Assembly (NCBI GenBank): GCA_029717555.1
Contig: JAMDHS010000106.1
Location: 1 to 64,000 of the forward strand
From: Peribolospora baueri
Lineage: Eukaryota
Length of the DNA: 64,000 bases
Direction: 5' to 3'
Shown here: positions 11,961-23,660 of the stretch, piece after piece
How positions within the stretch are numbered: the first letter of the stretch is position 1
Layout: each line of letters starts with the position of its first letter
Notes under the pieces: generated by a model
The model's input: the letters and a program-made list of their open reading frames with translations, nothing else
Database searches by the model: none
Told to the model about the DNA's origin: nothing
Program-made: the position numbers and the translations under genes

Positions 11961-14796
11961 TCAGAGGACCGGTTGATCGTTTCCGCCGAGCACGTCGACG
12001 TTCTCCTTCTTCTCCCTTCGCTCCTCGTCCCCATCGGACTCTACGTCTACGGTCTTTCTCAACTGCGCAACTTTGTCGAGAACAGGGCCCTTTTCAGCGG
12101 GACCGAAGGTGCCGTAGTAGTCGTAGTCATCCACCTCCCCTAGCCCTCGGGGCGGGAAGACACGAGAAAGTAGGGTGTGGGAAGTGAAGGAGATGAGGAA
12201 GCCAAGAGGCCAGGCCTGTCGACGGGAAAAAAAATGGAGGACCAAGGACCAGTCAGGCATGCCGAGCTTATCTCCGCGCTGGTCGTCAACTTGAGTGCGA
12301 CGCTCGAGCTTAACTCACGAGGTAGTAGAGGTGCATCCAGCCAGAAGCGAACTCCTGCTTGCGCACGGTGGCAACGAAGCCAGGCATGAGTGGCCAGACG
12401 CCAAAGACCCAGGAAATGGCGGCTCTCCCTGCATGCGAAAAATCAAGGCCTGTTCAACAGAGCAGCACATCCGGCACGATCAAAGGCCGGACGACAACGT
12501 ACAGTTCACGCCATGCCAGAAGAAGTAGATAGATGAAGGCGTAGGGTCATAGAGGTGTGTGAGCCGGACCTTTTGTTTCCGCACGACTGTGAGGACAAGA
12601 ATCATTCGCGTTTGGTCAACTTCCATGTCGGTGCGGGAGCAGGGTTGGAGCTCGAGGGTGCGTACCGTGGTAGTCTGAAATGATCAAGCCTGTCAGAGGT
12701 CCCAGGAATACAGCATACGAGCTCATGACGGACAAGTACACGGTGGCGCCGTTGAGGAGCTGCAGTGGTCAACAGGATTGCACATATCAGTCTTTGCGCT
12801 CGGGCGCATCTCAACACTTGGGCAGCGAGCAACAAATCAAGCCTCACCTGCCAAGGCTGGATGAGAACGGCGACAGCGGCGACTAGGTAGGCACCTCGTC
12901 GAATGTTTATGTACTTCGGGCTGTAGAAACGGAAAGAAGGGGCATAAGCCATTGACAAAGTGCCCGGGAGGGTGGTCGGGTTCTCTGGACGAATAATTGC
13001 CCTCACAGTAGTCCTGAAAGGTCAATTCCACCTCCAATGGCATTGCCAGCGACGTTGATACCTGCATTGACAGCAGGTATGTAGGGGAGGAGTGTCAGCC
13101 GACATTGCACGGACAGGCTCATCACTCTATCGAGAGCAGAGAATCAAGCCGCCACTCACCAAACTGGGACACGACAAAGCTCAAGCCGGCGAAGAAGACA
13201 GCAGCTCTAGCGCCGGGCCCACCGTGCTTTTGCACAGTAGACAAGAGATCATAGGGTTGCCAAAGCAGACCTTCGTCAGGGAAGAACTGTGCAGCGCAGG
13301 AGGTGGTCACCACGCCAATGAGGGAGGTGAGGATGGCGGAGAGAGGAATGGCGAACAGTTGGGACCAGACTTGGTCGAACGGCTTCACGGCGAAACGGCT
13401 GTAGTCGCTCTGGGAGAAAATGCCGGCACAAATGGAGCCGATCTGGGTAATGGGTGAGGAAGAAGGAGAACAGCATATGAAAAGTCAACAACGGGAAATC
13501 GAAATTTGCAAAATAATTATGAGGAGAGCTTACGTTGCTTGTGATGCCGTACACGAGCATCCAGCCAACTGAAGAAGCAGGAGCAAGCGTCTTAGGAAGC
13601 ATGACTTGTCTGCTGAAGGGGAGAAATAATCGAGCCGGACTCACGGTGGGATCCGGTAGCCTGTTGAACGCCAGAGGCGCTGGTGATATTGGAAAGCAGA
13701 GCACCACCTCCACCGGCCTTGGCGAGTGCCCAGATAAAGATGGAGAAGGCGGTGATGGTGATAGAGATGGAGGCGACGAGGAAAGGCTTATGGTAGCGCT
13801 CGGGAGGCACCCAGATGAGCGGCACTGGATTGAGCGAGAAAGGAATACAAAATGAAGGATGAGGCGGCCATGTCCACAAAAGCCCAAAGGAACTAGGGGC
13901 TAGTTTGACACTTACATGAAATGATGGCAAAGATGACGAAACCGACAAAGTCGCTGACCTATGAGGTCGAGGGCAAAGAGCGCACCAATTTCAGCACCCG
14001 AAATTAAAAGCATGCCATTCGGAGGCTGAGCGAGCACGTACGTTCATGGTGCCACCAGCGAGCAGTTTGGTGAGATTGTAGAAGGAAGGCCAGATCGCCC
14101 CAATGACGATCTTGACGCTCTGTCCGCCGAACCAGACTAGTCGTAACCGAGACCGTCGGGTCAACTGTGGTGGTTCCCTTTCGCTCGACTATCCCGCACA
14201 AACGCTTGCACTCACGCTGGGTAGAATACCATGTGAAACTCAGGATGATGCGATTGAGCAAGGGGAAGAAGCTGCCCCTTATGCCCCAGACAAAGCGGTT
14301 GACGATCGGAAAGCCAACGTGCCACTGGCCGCCGGGAAGGCCGGTGCCGACGACGGCACATGCGACGATGATTTGGCCAATGATGACGGCCAGCATCGCT
14401 TGCCACACGTTGAGACCGAGAGAGATAAGCGAAGACCCAGTCGTCCCTATCGTGTCAAGCCACGGTCAAGGGGAAGCACGGTCGTCAGCGAGGTTTCAGG
14501 GAAAGGGAGCGAGAGCGGCGTTGCTCACATTGAGTTATGTTAACCTAAGAACGAAATAAACCAGAAAACTTTTCAGCGGTCTTGACCCTTTCTCAAGTAC
14601 TCTGTCTCAAGCTAATCCTCACCCCGGTCGTGAGCCAAAAACCAACGAAACTCCAGGGTCCCCATGTCCTTCTAGAAGGAGGGAGGGGAATGATATCCCG
14701 GTTAATCCAGGGCGTCGTCTCCCACTCCACCCCGGGTTCGTGTGGGACCTCAAGCTTGCGGAGAGCCTGCTTGAGAGGCGCTGACTTGGCTGGCAT
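11961..14796 (-). CDS. NCS1 nucleobase:cation symporter (Fur4/Dal4-type uracil/allantoin permease family), multi-exon
   Basis: Motifs WINRDIIPLPPSRRTW, PGGQWHVGFPIVNRFVWGIRGS, QSDYSRFA, LLWQPYDLL, KYINIRRGAYLV...IQPW and PRGLGEVDDYDYYGTF, with many hydrophobic helices. Confidence 0.92.
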
Positions 14797-15466
14797 GTTG
14801 ATTTACGTATCTGGAGCGCAGCGCTTGAAGGAGAAATGGAAGGAAGATACGGGCGCTAGGGGCGGATATGAGAGGAGGGACACCGGCTCCCTGGGCGGTA
14901 TATGACTGGCGACAGGCAGCGTTCTGGACGTTGTGACTTGACGGCCTTCTTCCTTTCCCTCTCTCTTGAGTTGTGCATGCTCTGGCCGGCAGTATATCCC
15001 TGGTAATACCGTCCCTGCTTTGCAAACGAGGTAACCGACGACGCCTGATGGCGATGCGGCGAAGACGCCCATGGAGATAACCGTGAGTGCAAGCCTGATC
15101 ACTTGCCGCCGCGTCGTGAGTCGCTTATCAGACCGGCGATCTCTCCGCAGATTTCTGGTCCGACAGGCCGGAACAAAGATATACCCCACCTCGGCGGCCG
15201 GAGACAGAATGAGAAGAACACCGAATGTAAGCGACGGCGTTGGGAGATAAGCACGCCTGCATCTTGGTCAGACTCGCTTCCCTCGGCTTGTCTTCTCGAA
15301 TCCGTCTGGCCTCGACCTCCACCAGGCTCGTGTGGCTTTGACGTCGTAGTCGAAAACCCTCGCCTTAACCGCCCATCAGACATACAAGAAGAGAAAGCCG
15401 ACCCGCTGGCCGTGACGTTCACCCCCCGTACACACCTCACACTCTCTCGTCGAAAGCTCGCCTGTC
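14797..15466. promoter_or_regulatory. Bidirectional promoter with candidate GATA (nitrogen regulation) sites and a CreA/Mig1-like site
   Basis: 670 bp between divergent ATGs. GATAA at 15076-15080, CTTATC at 15124-15129, GATAAG at 15246-15251 and CCCCAC (GTGGGG on the minus strand) at 15184-15189. Confidence 0.5.
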
Positions 15467-18400
15467 ATGCATTCTGTCATCTCCCCGACCTACCGCATCG
15501 GTGTCGATGTGGGGGGCACCAACACAGATGCCGTTGTCCTCGCACTTTCGCCCGAGGCAGCCACCTCCCCCGACCGAGGAGTCAAGGCCAGCTTCAAGAC
15601 GCCAACCACGCCTGATGTGACCTCTGGCATAGAGGAGTGCGTCAGGACCGTCCTGACCAACAGCAAGGTTCGACCGGACCAAGTTTCTGCCCTCATGATC
15701 GGTACAACGGTGAGTCCAGCGTTTCATTAAGAGTCCACCATCTCATAGACTCCTTCATGAGCCACATCACCCCTTTCATCTGACTCTTTTGCCGGACGGC
15801 TTGCAGCACTTCATCAATGCAGGTGGGTCTCGCCAACGTGATTTTAAGCGCCATTCATCGCACTGACTAGAGTCTTGCCGCCTTTCTTCTGATACGGCTA
15901 GTCGTGCAAGCGGACCCCACTCGCTTGTCCCGAGTGGCAGTCCTACGTCTCGGAGCGCCCTACACCCTGGAATGCCCGAGCTTCATCGATTTCCCTCCTT
16001 CCCTCCGTGCCATAATGGAGGGATACACTGCCGTCATAAATGGAGGTCTGCAGATCGATGGGACCGAGATCGGCAAGGTGGACGAGGAGGAGTTGCGGCG
16101 AGAGTGTGTGAAGATCAAGGAGCTGGTCAGTAACCTGTCAGGATGTACACGGACTGACGACGCTCCTAGATGACGCCTTGGCCTTCCATTTTCACTGAAT
16201 TCTTGCTGCGAATTTCTTGTTTTACCTAGGGCCTGCACACCGTCGTCATAGTTGGCATCTACTCTCCTTTGGACAAGGGAGGCTCATCGCAAGAGGAACA
16301 TGTCCGCAAGGTTATCCTCAAAGAGATGGGAGGCAACGTTGATGTCGTCTGCTCTCGCGATGGTCAGTCGACGTACGGCCAAAGACAATTTGAGAGGCGT
16401 CCGATAAACGTCTTTCTGTTTACCTGCCTTCTTCAACTCTGACTTGCTTTTGTCTCGCCGGTGTTGCTATCACAGTTGGTCAGGTGGGCCTCCTCGAGCG
16501 CGAGAACGCCTCCATCCTCAACGCTTCGATCCTTCGCTTCGCACGCCGCACGGTCCGGTCGTTCCAAGTGGCCATGTCCCGCCTCGGCCTGGGTCAGTGT
16601 CCGCTCTACCTGACCCAGAACGACGGCACCCTCACCAGCGCCGCATCAGCGGCTAGGTTGCCCATCAGGACGTTTGCCAGCGGCGCAACCAACAGCATGC
16701 GAGGCGCGAGTTATTTGGCCGGCTTGGGGGCCGGACCGAGGTTGAGCAACGCCGCGGGTAGCATCATCGTTGCAGATGGCAAGTCCATCACTTTCTTCTT
16801 CCTGAAAATTTCGTGAAGCCCGTAGCTGATCTCCATGTGAATGCTGCATGAATTTTAGTCGGAGGTACGACCACCGACGTTGGCGTCCTCCTTCCCAGCG
16901 GATTCCCTCGTCAAGCTGCTGCATTCATCGAGGTTGGTGGCGTGCGAACAAAGTAAGTCTTCCCAAGTCGACCTCTCCTCTTCTCCACATCTTCGTGCAC
17001 TTCCCTCTACCTTTATACTCAAAGTCGATTTCGCTTTTGCTCTTGCAGCTTTGCAATGCCGGACGTTCAAAGCATTGGCCTCGGCGGAGGTTCTCGCGTG
17101 CGTTTCCAGAAAGACGAGAATGGCAAGCTGGCCAAAGCCGTCGTAGGCCCTGAGTGAGTGGAGGCAAAAAGATCCTGATGGTTGTGGTTATCGGCCTTGC
17201 TGAATGTCTGGAGGTTCGGATCTCCTCGCTTTCTGGCGGTGTACAGCTCCGTCGGCTACAAGCTCCTGTCCGAGGGCCTCGTTTTCGGAGGCACAACTCC
17301 CACAGCGACTGACATTTTTGTAGCTTCGTCGGCTGCATCGACGGCGCCTTCGTCTGAAAAAATTGGCGACCCTAGCAAGGTTGAAGGTCGTTTCGCAGCC
17401 GACGAGTTGCGCGAGGCGCAGAAGGCAATGAAAAAGCTGATGGAAGGCATAATCGACAGAATGAAGACCAGCCCTGAACCTGCTACTGTGCTCCTTGTGG
17501 GCGGTGGCAGTGTGATTGCTCCGGACGAGCTGGAGGGTGTTGGAGGTACGTACGGAAAAGCTCCGGCCTAAACAAGGACCGTACCTGTCGGTGGTTCTCG
17601 ACTCGAATCCACACCTGCTCACGACTTCATTCTCCTCGTGGTGCGACAGAGCTTATCCGGCCTCCCTTCTTTGCCTGTGCGAACGCCGTCGGAGCGGCAG
17701 TCGGGTCCGTCAGCGGGGAAGGTATGCACATTCGCTCTTTTACTTTCACGACCGACCGGCTTACGCACGGTCGCCCTTGTCTATGTCTTCGCAAGTCGAC
17801 ACGATCAAGATCCTCCAAAATCGCTCATTGGACGAGGTGGTCGAATCGCTCAAGACCGAGGCCATCCTCAAGGCTCAGAAGGCGGGCGCAAAGAAAGAAA
17901 CTATTAAGGTCGTCGAGGTGGAGAATTTGCCTGTGCAGGTGAGGTCGACGTAATTTTGAGGACATCATTGGAGAACCCATGTTAGGACGATGCTGACGAT
18001 TGTGATCCATTTGGGAACTCCGATGTCAGTATGTGACAAACAAAGCCACCCGTCTCATTGTCCGCGCGGTCGGCGAGCTGGACAATGAAGTCTTTGCCGC
18101 GAGCACCGAGTCCGCGGAGGCTCAGAAGGCAGGGCCCATTGGAGACGGATCTGAGGACGATGAATCCACTCCGGAGACCAGCTTCTCCAGGCCTGTGCCT
18201 GTGGCTCCGGAGGTGGATATTGCTGCGTATCGACCCAACGTCACCAGTGAAGGCGTATGGGAGCTGAGCGAAATTGACCTAGGTAAATTAACGTCGCTGA
18301 GGTCGTATCTTCTTTGGTAGAGCTATTTATTCACTTATCCTTCGCCTTACGTGCCGCCCCCGCCGAACAGAATGGATTTCCGAAGGCTGTGGCATCCTAG

Positions 18401-20803
18401 GCACCGGCGGCGGTGGTTCTCCCTACCCTCCCTATCTGATGGCGAGGGAGATTCTCCGTCAAGGTGGGAGCATTCGCGTGCTCGATGCGAGCGCTCTTCC
18501 TGATGATGCTATCGTAAGTGAATGTTCTCTGGGCTCGTCATCCTTGCTCTTGAGTTGACTCGCCCGCATGAAGGTGTCACTGATCCTAATCCTTGTTTTG
18601 TAGGTGCTGCGCGGGCACTTCATGGGGTAAGCTTCATTGCCACCTTCTGCTCAGCCGATGCCGTAATGGTCAGTTGAAAATGTCTAACACCAATCCCGAT
18701 CGAACAACCACAGCTCGCCCTCCGTGTCGAACGAGCGCCTCCAGTCAGGATATGAAGTCGAGACAGCCGCAAGGAACCTGTCGAAGTACCTTGGCATCGC
18801 TAAGGGTGCTGCTATTATTTCGTGAGCATTTTGCTCTGTGGCTCTTGATCTTGTACAAAAGCACTCATTGATTTTGCTTCCCTCTCACAGTGATGAGATT
18901 GGTGGAGGCAACGGAATCCAGCCTATGATCCTTGCTTCACAGAAGCACCTGGACGTGCCCGTCTTTGATGGTGAGATGCTCGTAGGAGAGCGATGGTCCT
19001 TATATCATTCTTCCGAAGTTCCCAATTCAAGCTAACTTGCACGACTGGTTTCGTGTTGCGAAGGCGATCTCATGGGTCGGGCTTACCCCAACATGCACCA
19101 GAGTTTGCCCGCCGCCTATGACGTGAAAGACAGGTGAGCGACGACGTTTTCCCCTCGCCATCCGAAGACAGAAACTCAAGCCGTGCTCCCTGCGGGCGTC
19201 GTCTGGACCATCCGCCTTTTTTGTATAGCCTCACGCCCTGCGCGATTGCAGATGGCGTGAACAACTCGGTGGCGAGTCGAATGGTCGCCAATACGGATCT
19301 CATATTGTCCGAAACTGCACTGACAATGTCTCGCTTGACCATCGTTGATCAGGTTCTGCCGTCTACTTCGACCAAGTGGCACGTCGAAGCAATGTGAGCT
19401 TTTCAGCATCCTCCTCCGCCCGTCTGGGATGTGCCGTTTGCTAAACGCTTCTCGTGGACATTCCCGTTCTGATGTCCAGTCTCAGAGGCGTGTGCACAAC
19501 GCTGGGAAGCAAGGCTGGCGTCTCAATGGCACCTCTCACGGCCAAGGTTTGCCGCGACTTCGGTGTCACTAGGACGGTGTCCCAAGCGTGGAGGATGGGC
19601 AGGGCCGTGGCCGAGTGCAGGAAGCGCAAGTGAGTTTAACTTTCTTCCGTGTATTCCACCGAGCGTGTGGCAACTGACCAAGCCGGACCACATATGGTTG
19701 TGCGGCTTCCCTACGACAGTGACGTCAAGGGTATCCCAGCGGCCATTCTCGAGCTGCAGAACGGAGCATGCATCTTCATTGGCAAGGTCAGTCGAGCCGA
19801 GGCACCACAGACTTCAGTCCTTCGTTTCCGTCCATTTCGGAGGTCGCGGGCTGAACGATGCATTAATGCGCTTCCCCTAGATCGTAGACGTGCAGAGAGA
19901 AGTCCGCGCCGGCTTCACGTGGGGGTCCGTCCGAAGTAAGTAAAAGTCAAGTCTACTCTCGGGCGATTCACGTTCTTCCCCGCCCCACTCTTCGTCAGTT
20001 TTGCCCGGCCCGACTCCGCCTCGTAGTGGGATACTGCTGACTCTTCCTTCACCGTCACTCGACGTGGCGCGACAGTCGCTTCCTTGGCGGAAGACGAGCA
20101 AGAGATTGCGCCAACGGCGACGGTCGCGAAGAACGGACATGATGAGGCGACGGAGAATGCGGAGATGACGATTTCATTCCAGAACGAAAACCTGGTCGCG
20201 ACGCTCGAGATGGCGGACGGGCGAAAGAAGGTAGGTGAAACTTGGGTGTTGCCGAAAGGCCAAGCCGGGCCCAAGATCGATGCGGGGCTGCGATGAGGTC
20301 GTCGGAGCAGGCTTTTCCGCCCCGCCGCGCAACGACATGCTCTGACTGAATTGGTTGTTGTCTTTTGCGTTGAACGCTCTTTTCGCTACACACAGGCGGT
20401 GGCAGTGGTGCCGGACCTCATCACGGTGCTGGACAGCCAGAGCGGGACGGCTTTGGGTACGCACGAGTACCGTTACGGCCTCAGAATCACCGTGATGGCC
20501 CTGGCCGGCGATCCCAAGTGGACCACCCCCGAGGGTCTCGCTTGCGGCGGGCCTGCTGCGTTTGGGTGAGTACCGAGGACGTGTGCGGGTGGCACTTGGT
20601 ATACTTGGACATCCGTTCCGGCCGCCCACGCGCAAGAGGAGCGGCTGAAGGGAGGGTCTCGCTTCCCTTTTGTGCACTGTGCGTGAGTCTCTCCTCGCTG
20701 ACGCTAGGACCGTTTCACTTCCAACAGGTTGACGGACGTGGAGTGGGTGCCAGTGGGAGAGTACAAGGAGCCTCGTTCAGTCATAGAGGAGTTCAAGCAG
20801 TGA
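15467..20803 (+). CDS. Hydantoinase-A/5-oxoprolinase ATPase domain fused to a C-terminal DUF917 domain, multi-exon
   Basis: N-half: RIGVDVGGTNTDAV, IGTTHFINA, ERENASILNA, LTQNDGT, FASGATNSMRGA, DVGGTTTD, SIGLGGGS, LVGGGS, ANAVGAA. C-half from about 18220: GILGTGGGGSPY, EIGGGNG, DGDLMGRAYP, ISFQNENL, PDLITVLD, YRYGLRI. Stop TGA at 20801-20803. Confidence 0.9.
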
Positions 20804-20936
20804 GAGGGGGGACCGAGGAGAGTATAGACGACCAACCAACCATTCGTTTTCGCGCTACGTAGAACCGCCCTCCGGTAGTGGCGGCCTCCCTTTCTCGGAT
20901 GGAATATCCCTACCATAAATAGAACTTGAATTTATT

Positions 20937-22932
20937 TTAAATTGTGTGAAAGTCGTAGGACACGCCGCTGTCGCCACGCTCTGGCCTTGAGGTCGCCGTC
21001 GTTGCTGACCCGGTGCGACCCTCTGGCCCATGTTTCCAAGCTTGACCGTCGTCCGTCCTTCCTTCTACATTCCGTCCCATTTCTTTCGCCTCTCCTGCTT
21101 CGTTCCTCTTTTCTCTCGCCAACTCCTCCAAACGCGCCCGCCTCGCTTCCTCTGTCGCCCTCCGCGCGGCCTGCTCCCCCTCCGCTTCCCATTGCCGCCG
21201 CTCCCACTCATCTGCGGGAATAATCCAAAGCAAGCGAAAGCGGGGAAGAGCGAGTCAGCGCTTCGCTCGACTCTCGAAGAACAAGCACGCGCTTGCACAA
21301 CACGAAGACGGAAAAGAGAGGATTGCGAGGCAGAGAAAAGAGAGAGAGAGAAAAAAAAAAAGAAGAAGAAAAAGGAAGGAAGAGAAGAGGAAGAGGACGC
21401 GGAAGCGGACGACGCACCCCAAGTCTCCTTCTCATCGAGCCATCTTTCCTGGACATGACCGATCTCTCCCCACGTGGCGATGCTCGAGTCAGCGACGCTG
21501 AACAGTGCCGCAGAGTTGATCGTCGTCGGGTCCTTCACCGCCGCCGCGGCGCTCGCATCGGGTGGAGAGGAGGCTGAAGGCGGAGTGAGGGCTGGTGTGG
21601 AGAAGGCGTACCCGGTGGCCTTGTCAAGCGTTCGGAGGAGGCGCATCATAGACAATTTGTCCTGCATAGATGACGCAAGAGAAGTATTAGACCATGCACA
21701 CCGCGAGCGTGATATCGGGTTCCACATCCATTCAAGGAACGAGTGAGACTCACCTCGACAGCCAAAGTCTCAAACCCGACGAGTCCAAAGTCCTCGACAA
21801 TCTCACATATAGCTCGGTTTAGGTCCCGAAAACGCTTCGCGTGTGGGTCCTTTTCCAGCTCCATCTGCAAGTAGGAGAGGTCTTGCACTTCGGTGTAGTA
21901 ATCTAGGTTGAATGCTGATAGCGAGCGGGTCCGAGGAAGAGGGAGGCCTGGTGAGAGACCCCTTCCAAGGTGCAGCACAGGCGCAACCAAAAATCTCACC
22001 CAGCTCTCCATACTGCGATAAAATATCGATCTTGCTTAAAACGTTAACGTGGGGAAGTTCTAGTTGGAGCATAGTGCGGAGGGAGAGGAGGAGGACAGAG
22101 GTGTACTTGGAAGCGTCTGTCACATAGTGCGCATCTGTCAGGTGGACGGCCACGAGCTGGGAATGTGCCAAGAGGGAGGAGATCAGCAATGACGCGGGTC
22201 AAATGTGAGATTCGCTTCATCCCATAGAAGGACGGACGAATAGGGCAGACGAGCGCTTCGTTCATGACGCCCACTCACGCGAAAGTCGAGCTTCTGCAAC
22301 CTCTCAACGATCATCTTCAGTGCGGGATGGTTAGTACTAAGCTCGACCTGGCCGGCGACGTCAAAGAGTACGTAAGCGCCCTTGCCCAACTTTGCCAACC
22401 GCTCCTCCAACCAGTCCATGTTCTGGAGGAGGTACTCCATGCAGTATAGCATGGCGCCGTTGGGGCCCAGGCCGAACTCCTCCATGACATCTTGGAGAGT
22501 TATGAGATCGTGGATGTTGACTGCGCAGGGATAAAGGATGCGCTCGTTCGCTGGGTCCAGGTTGACTATCGAGACGGGCCGGTCGAGGGCAGTGAGGAAC
22601 TTTGGTGGTGGCGGGTGCAAGCAGGGGAAGCGCGTGATGAATGGGCAGCGGAAAGATGAGCGGAGAAGCGGGTTCAAAGCGCTCAAGAAAAGAGGTCTTA
22701 CCTGGTACATGCCATAGCTATTCAAAGATGCAATGTTCGAACAGCGCACGGTCAGCACGGCCCTGGCTACGCCTCTCCGAGAGAGCTCACCAATACGTGG
22801 TCTTGCCCGAGCCGGGCGGGCCGATCTACCGAGAAAGCAGAGGGAATGTTAGCATTGCCGCCCACAGCATACCACGACAATCAGACGCTCGTAAACACGC
22901 ATCAGGCTCACCACCACCTGTCCAAACGGCAT
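20937..22932 (-). CDS. GPN2: GPN-loop GTPase 2, multi-exon
   Basis: Reads MPFGQVV|IGPPGSGKTTYC...VNLDPAN...LGPNGAMLYCMEYL...FDVAGQVEL...LELPHVNVLSKID...LDYYTEVQDL...DKATGY. Confidence 0.92.
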
Positions 22933-23350
22933 GAAGGGCGAACTGAGGGGCGTTGACGTCAATGAACAAGTCGACGAGTCTAATGTGACCGACTTAACGG
23001 ACAGTGTAGTCAGGACGACCGACCGACGCGAGTGATCGGCGCAGGTCACGTGAGATTAGGAAATTGTGGGATCCCTCCCCCTAACACCGCTTATCTCCGC
23101 CTCCTCGTTCTCACCTCGGATCTTCATTCCTATCATAGCACAAAACAGCCCATCCCTAGAAAAAATGATGCCACGTGACGTCGTGTGATGCCACGCTTGT
23201 GGGATTCTAGTCCATTGGTCCGGTCATCTCCGCTTGTGTCCGCCTCCGTCCCTACAAGGACGCTAGAGCTCCGCCAAAGGTTGTTTGAGTAAAGGGACCC
23301 AAGTGCAAGCCGACTTCAACAATCGAGCGTCCTACCCAGGCTCGCAGACT

Positions 23351-23360
23351 CTTTTATATA
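23351..23360 (-). promoter_or_regulatory. Canonical TATA box (TATATAAAAG on the minus strand) in the GPN2/CDC1 divergent intergenic region
   Basis: CTTTTATATA on the plus strand. Confidence 0.45.
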
Positions 23361-23660
23361 TGTACGTGAGGACCTCCAATCCGTTCTGAATATAGGCAAA
23401 CTGGAGAAGGTCCCTAACCCTACCCATGCCCTCGCAGTCCACCGCAGTCGCCGCAGCTCGTTGTCAAATTCGGCCGATCGCTCCCATCTGAGTGTCGACG
23501 ACTGCGGGCGAGAGCATGAACGCCGAGGCAACACGTTTCGCAGCGCAACGACGCCGGTCAGTCAAGTAGATGGAATCGTGGAAAAGGAAGACAGGAAGAC
23601 AGGAAGACAGAGGCCATCGCCCGTTCTCGCCTTCGTCTGTCCACCCCCTTCCCTCACAAC

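Noticed and set aside
18811..18893. Apparent in-frame TGA at the acceptor in the DUF917 half, suggesting a pseudogene
   Set aside because: A phase-2 intron (TC|GTGAGC...CAG|T) gives AIISDEIGGGNG, so the frame is intact.
23160..23335. Possible U5 snRNA or H/ACA snoRNA on the minus strand downstream of the TATA box
   Set aside because: CCCUUUAC does not match the invariant U5 loop GCCUUUUAC, the U-run is not a proper Sm site, and no well-placed ACA box was found.
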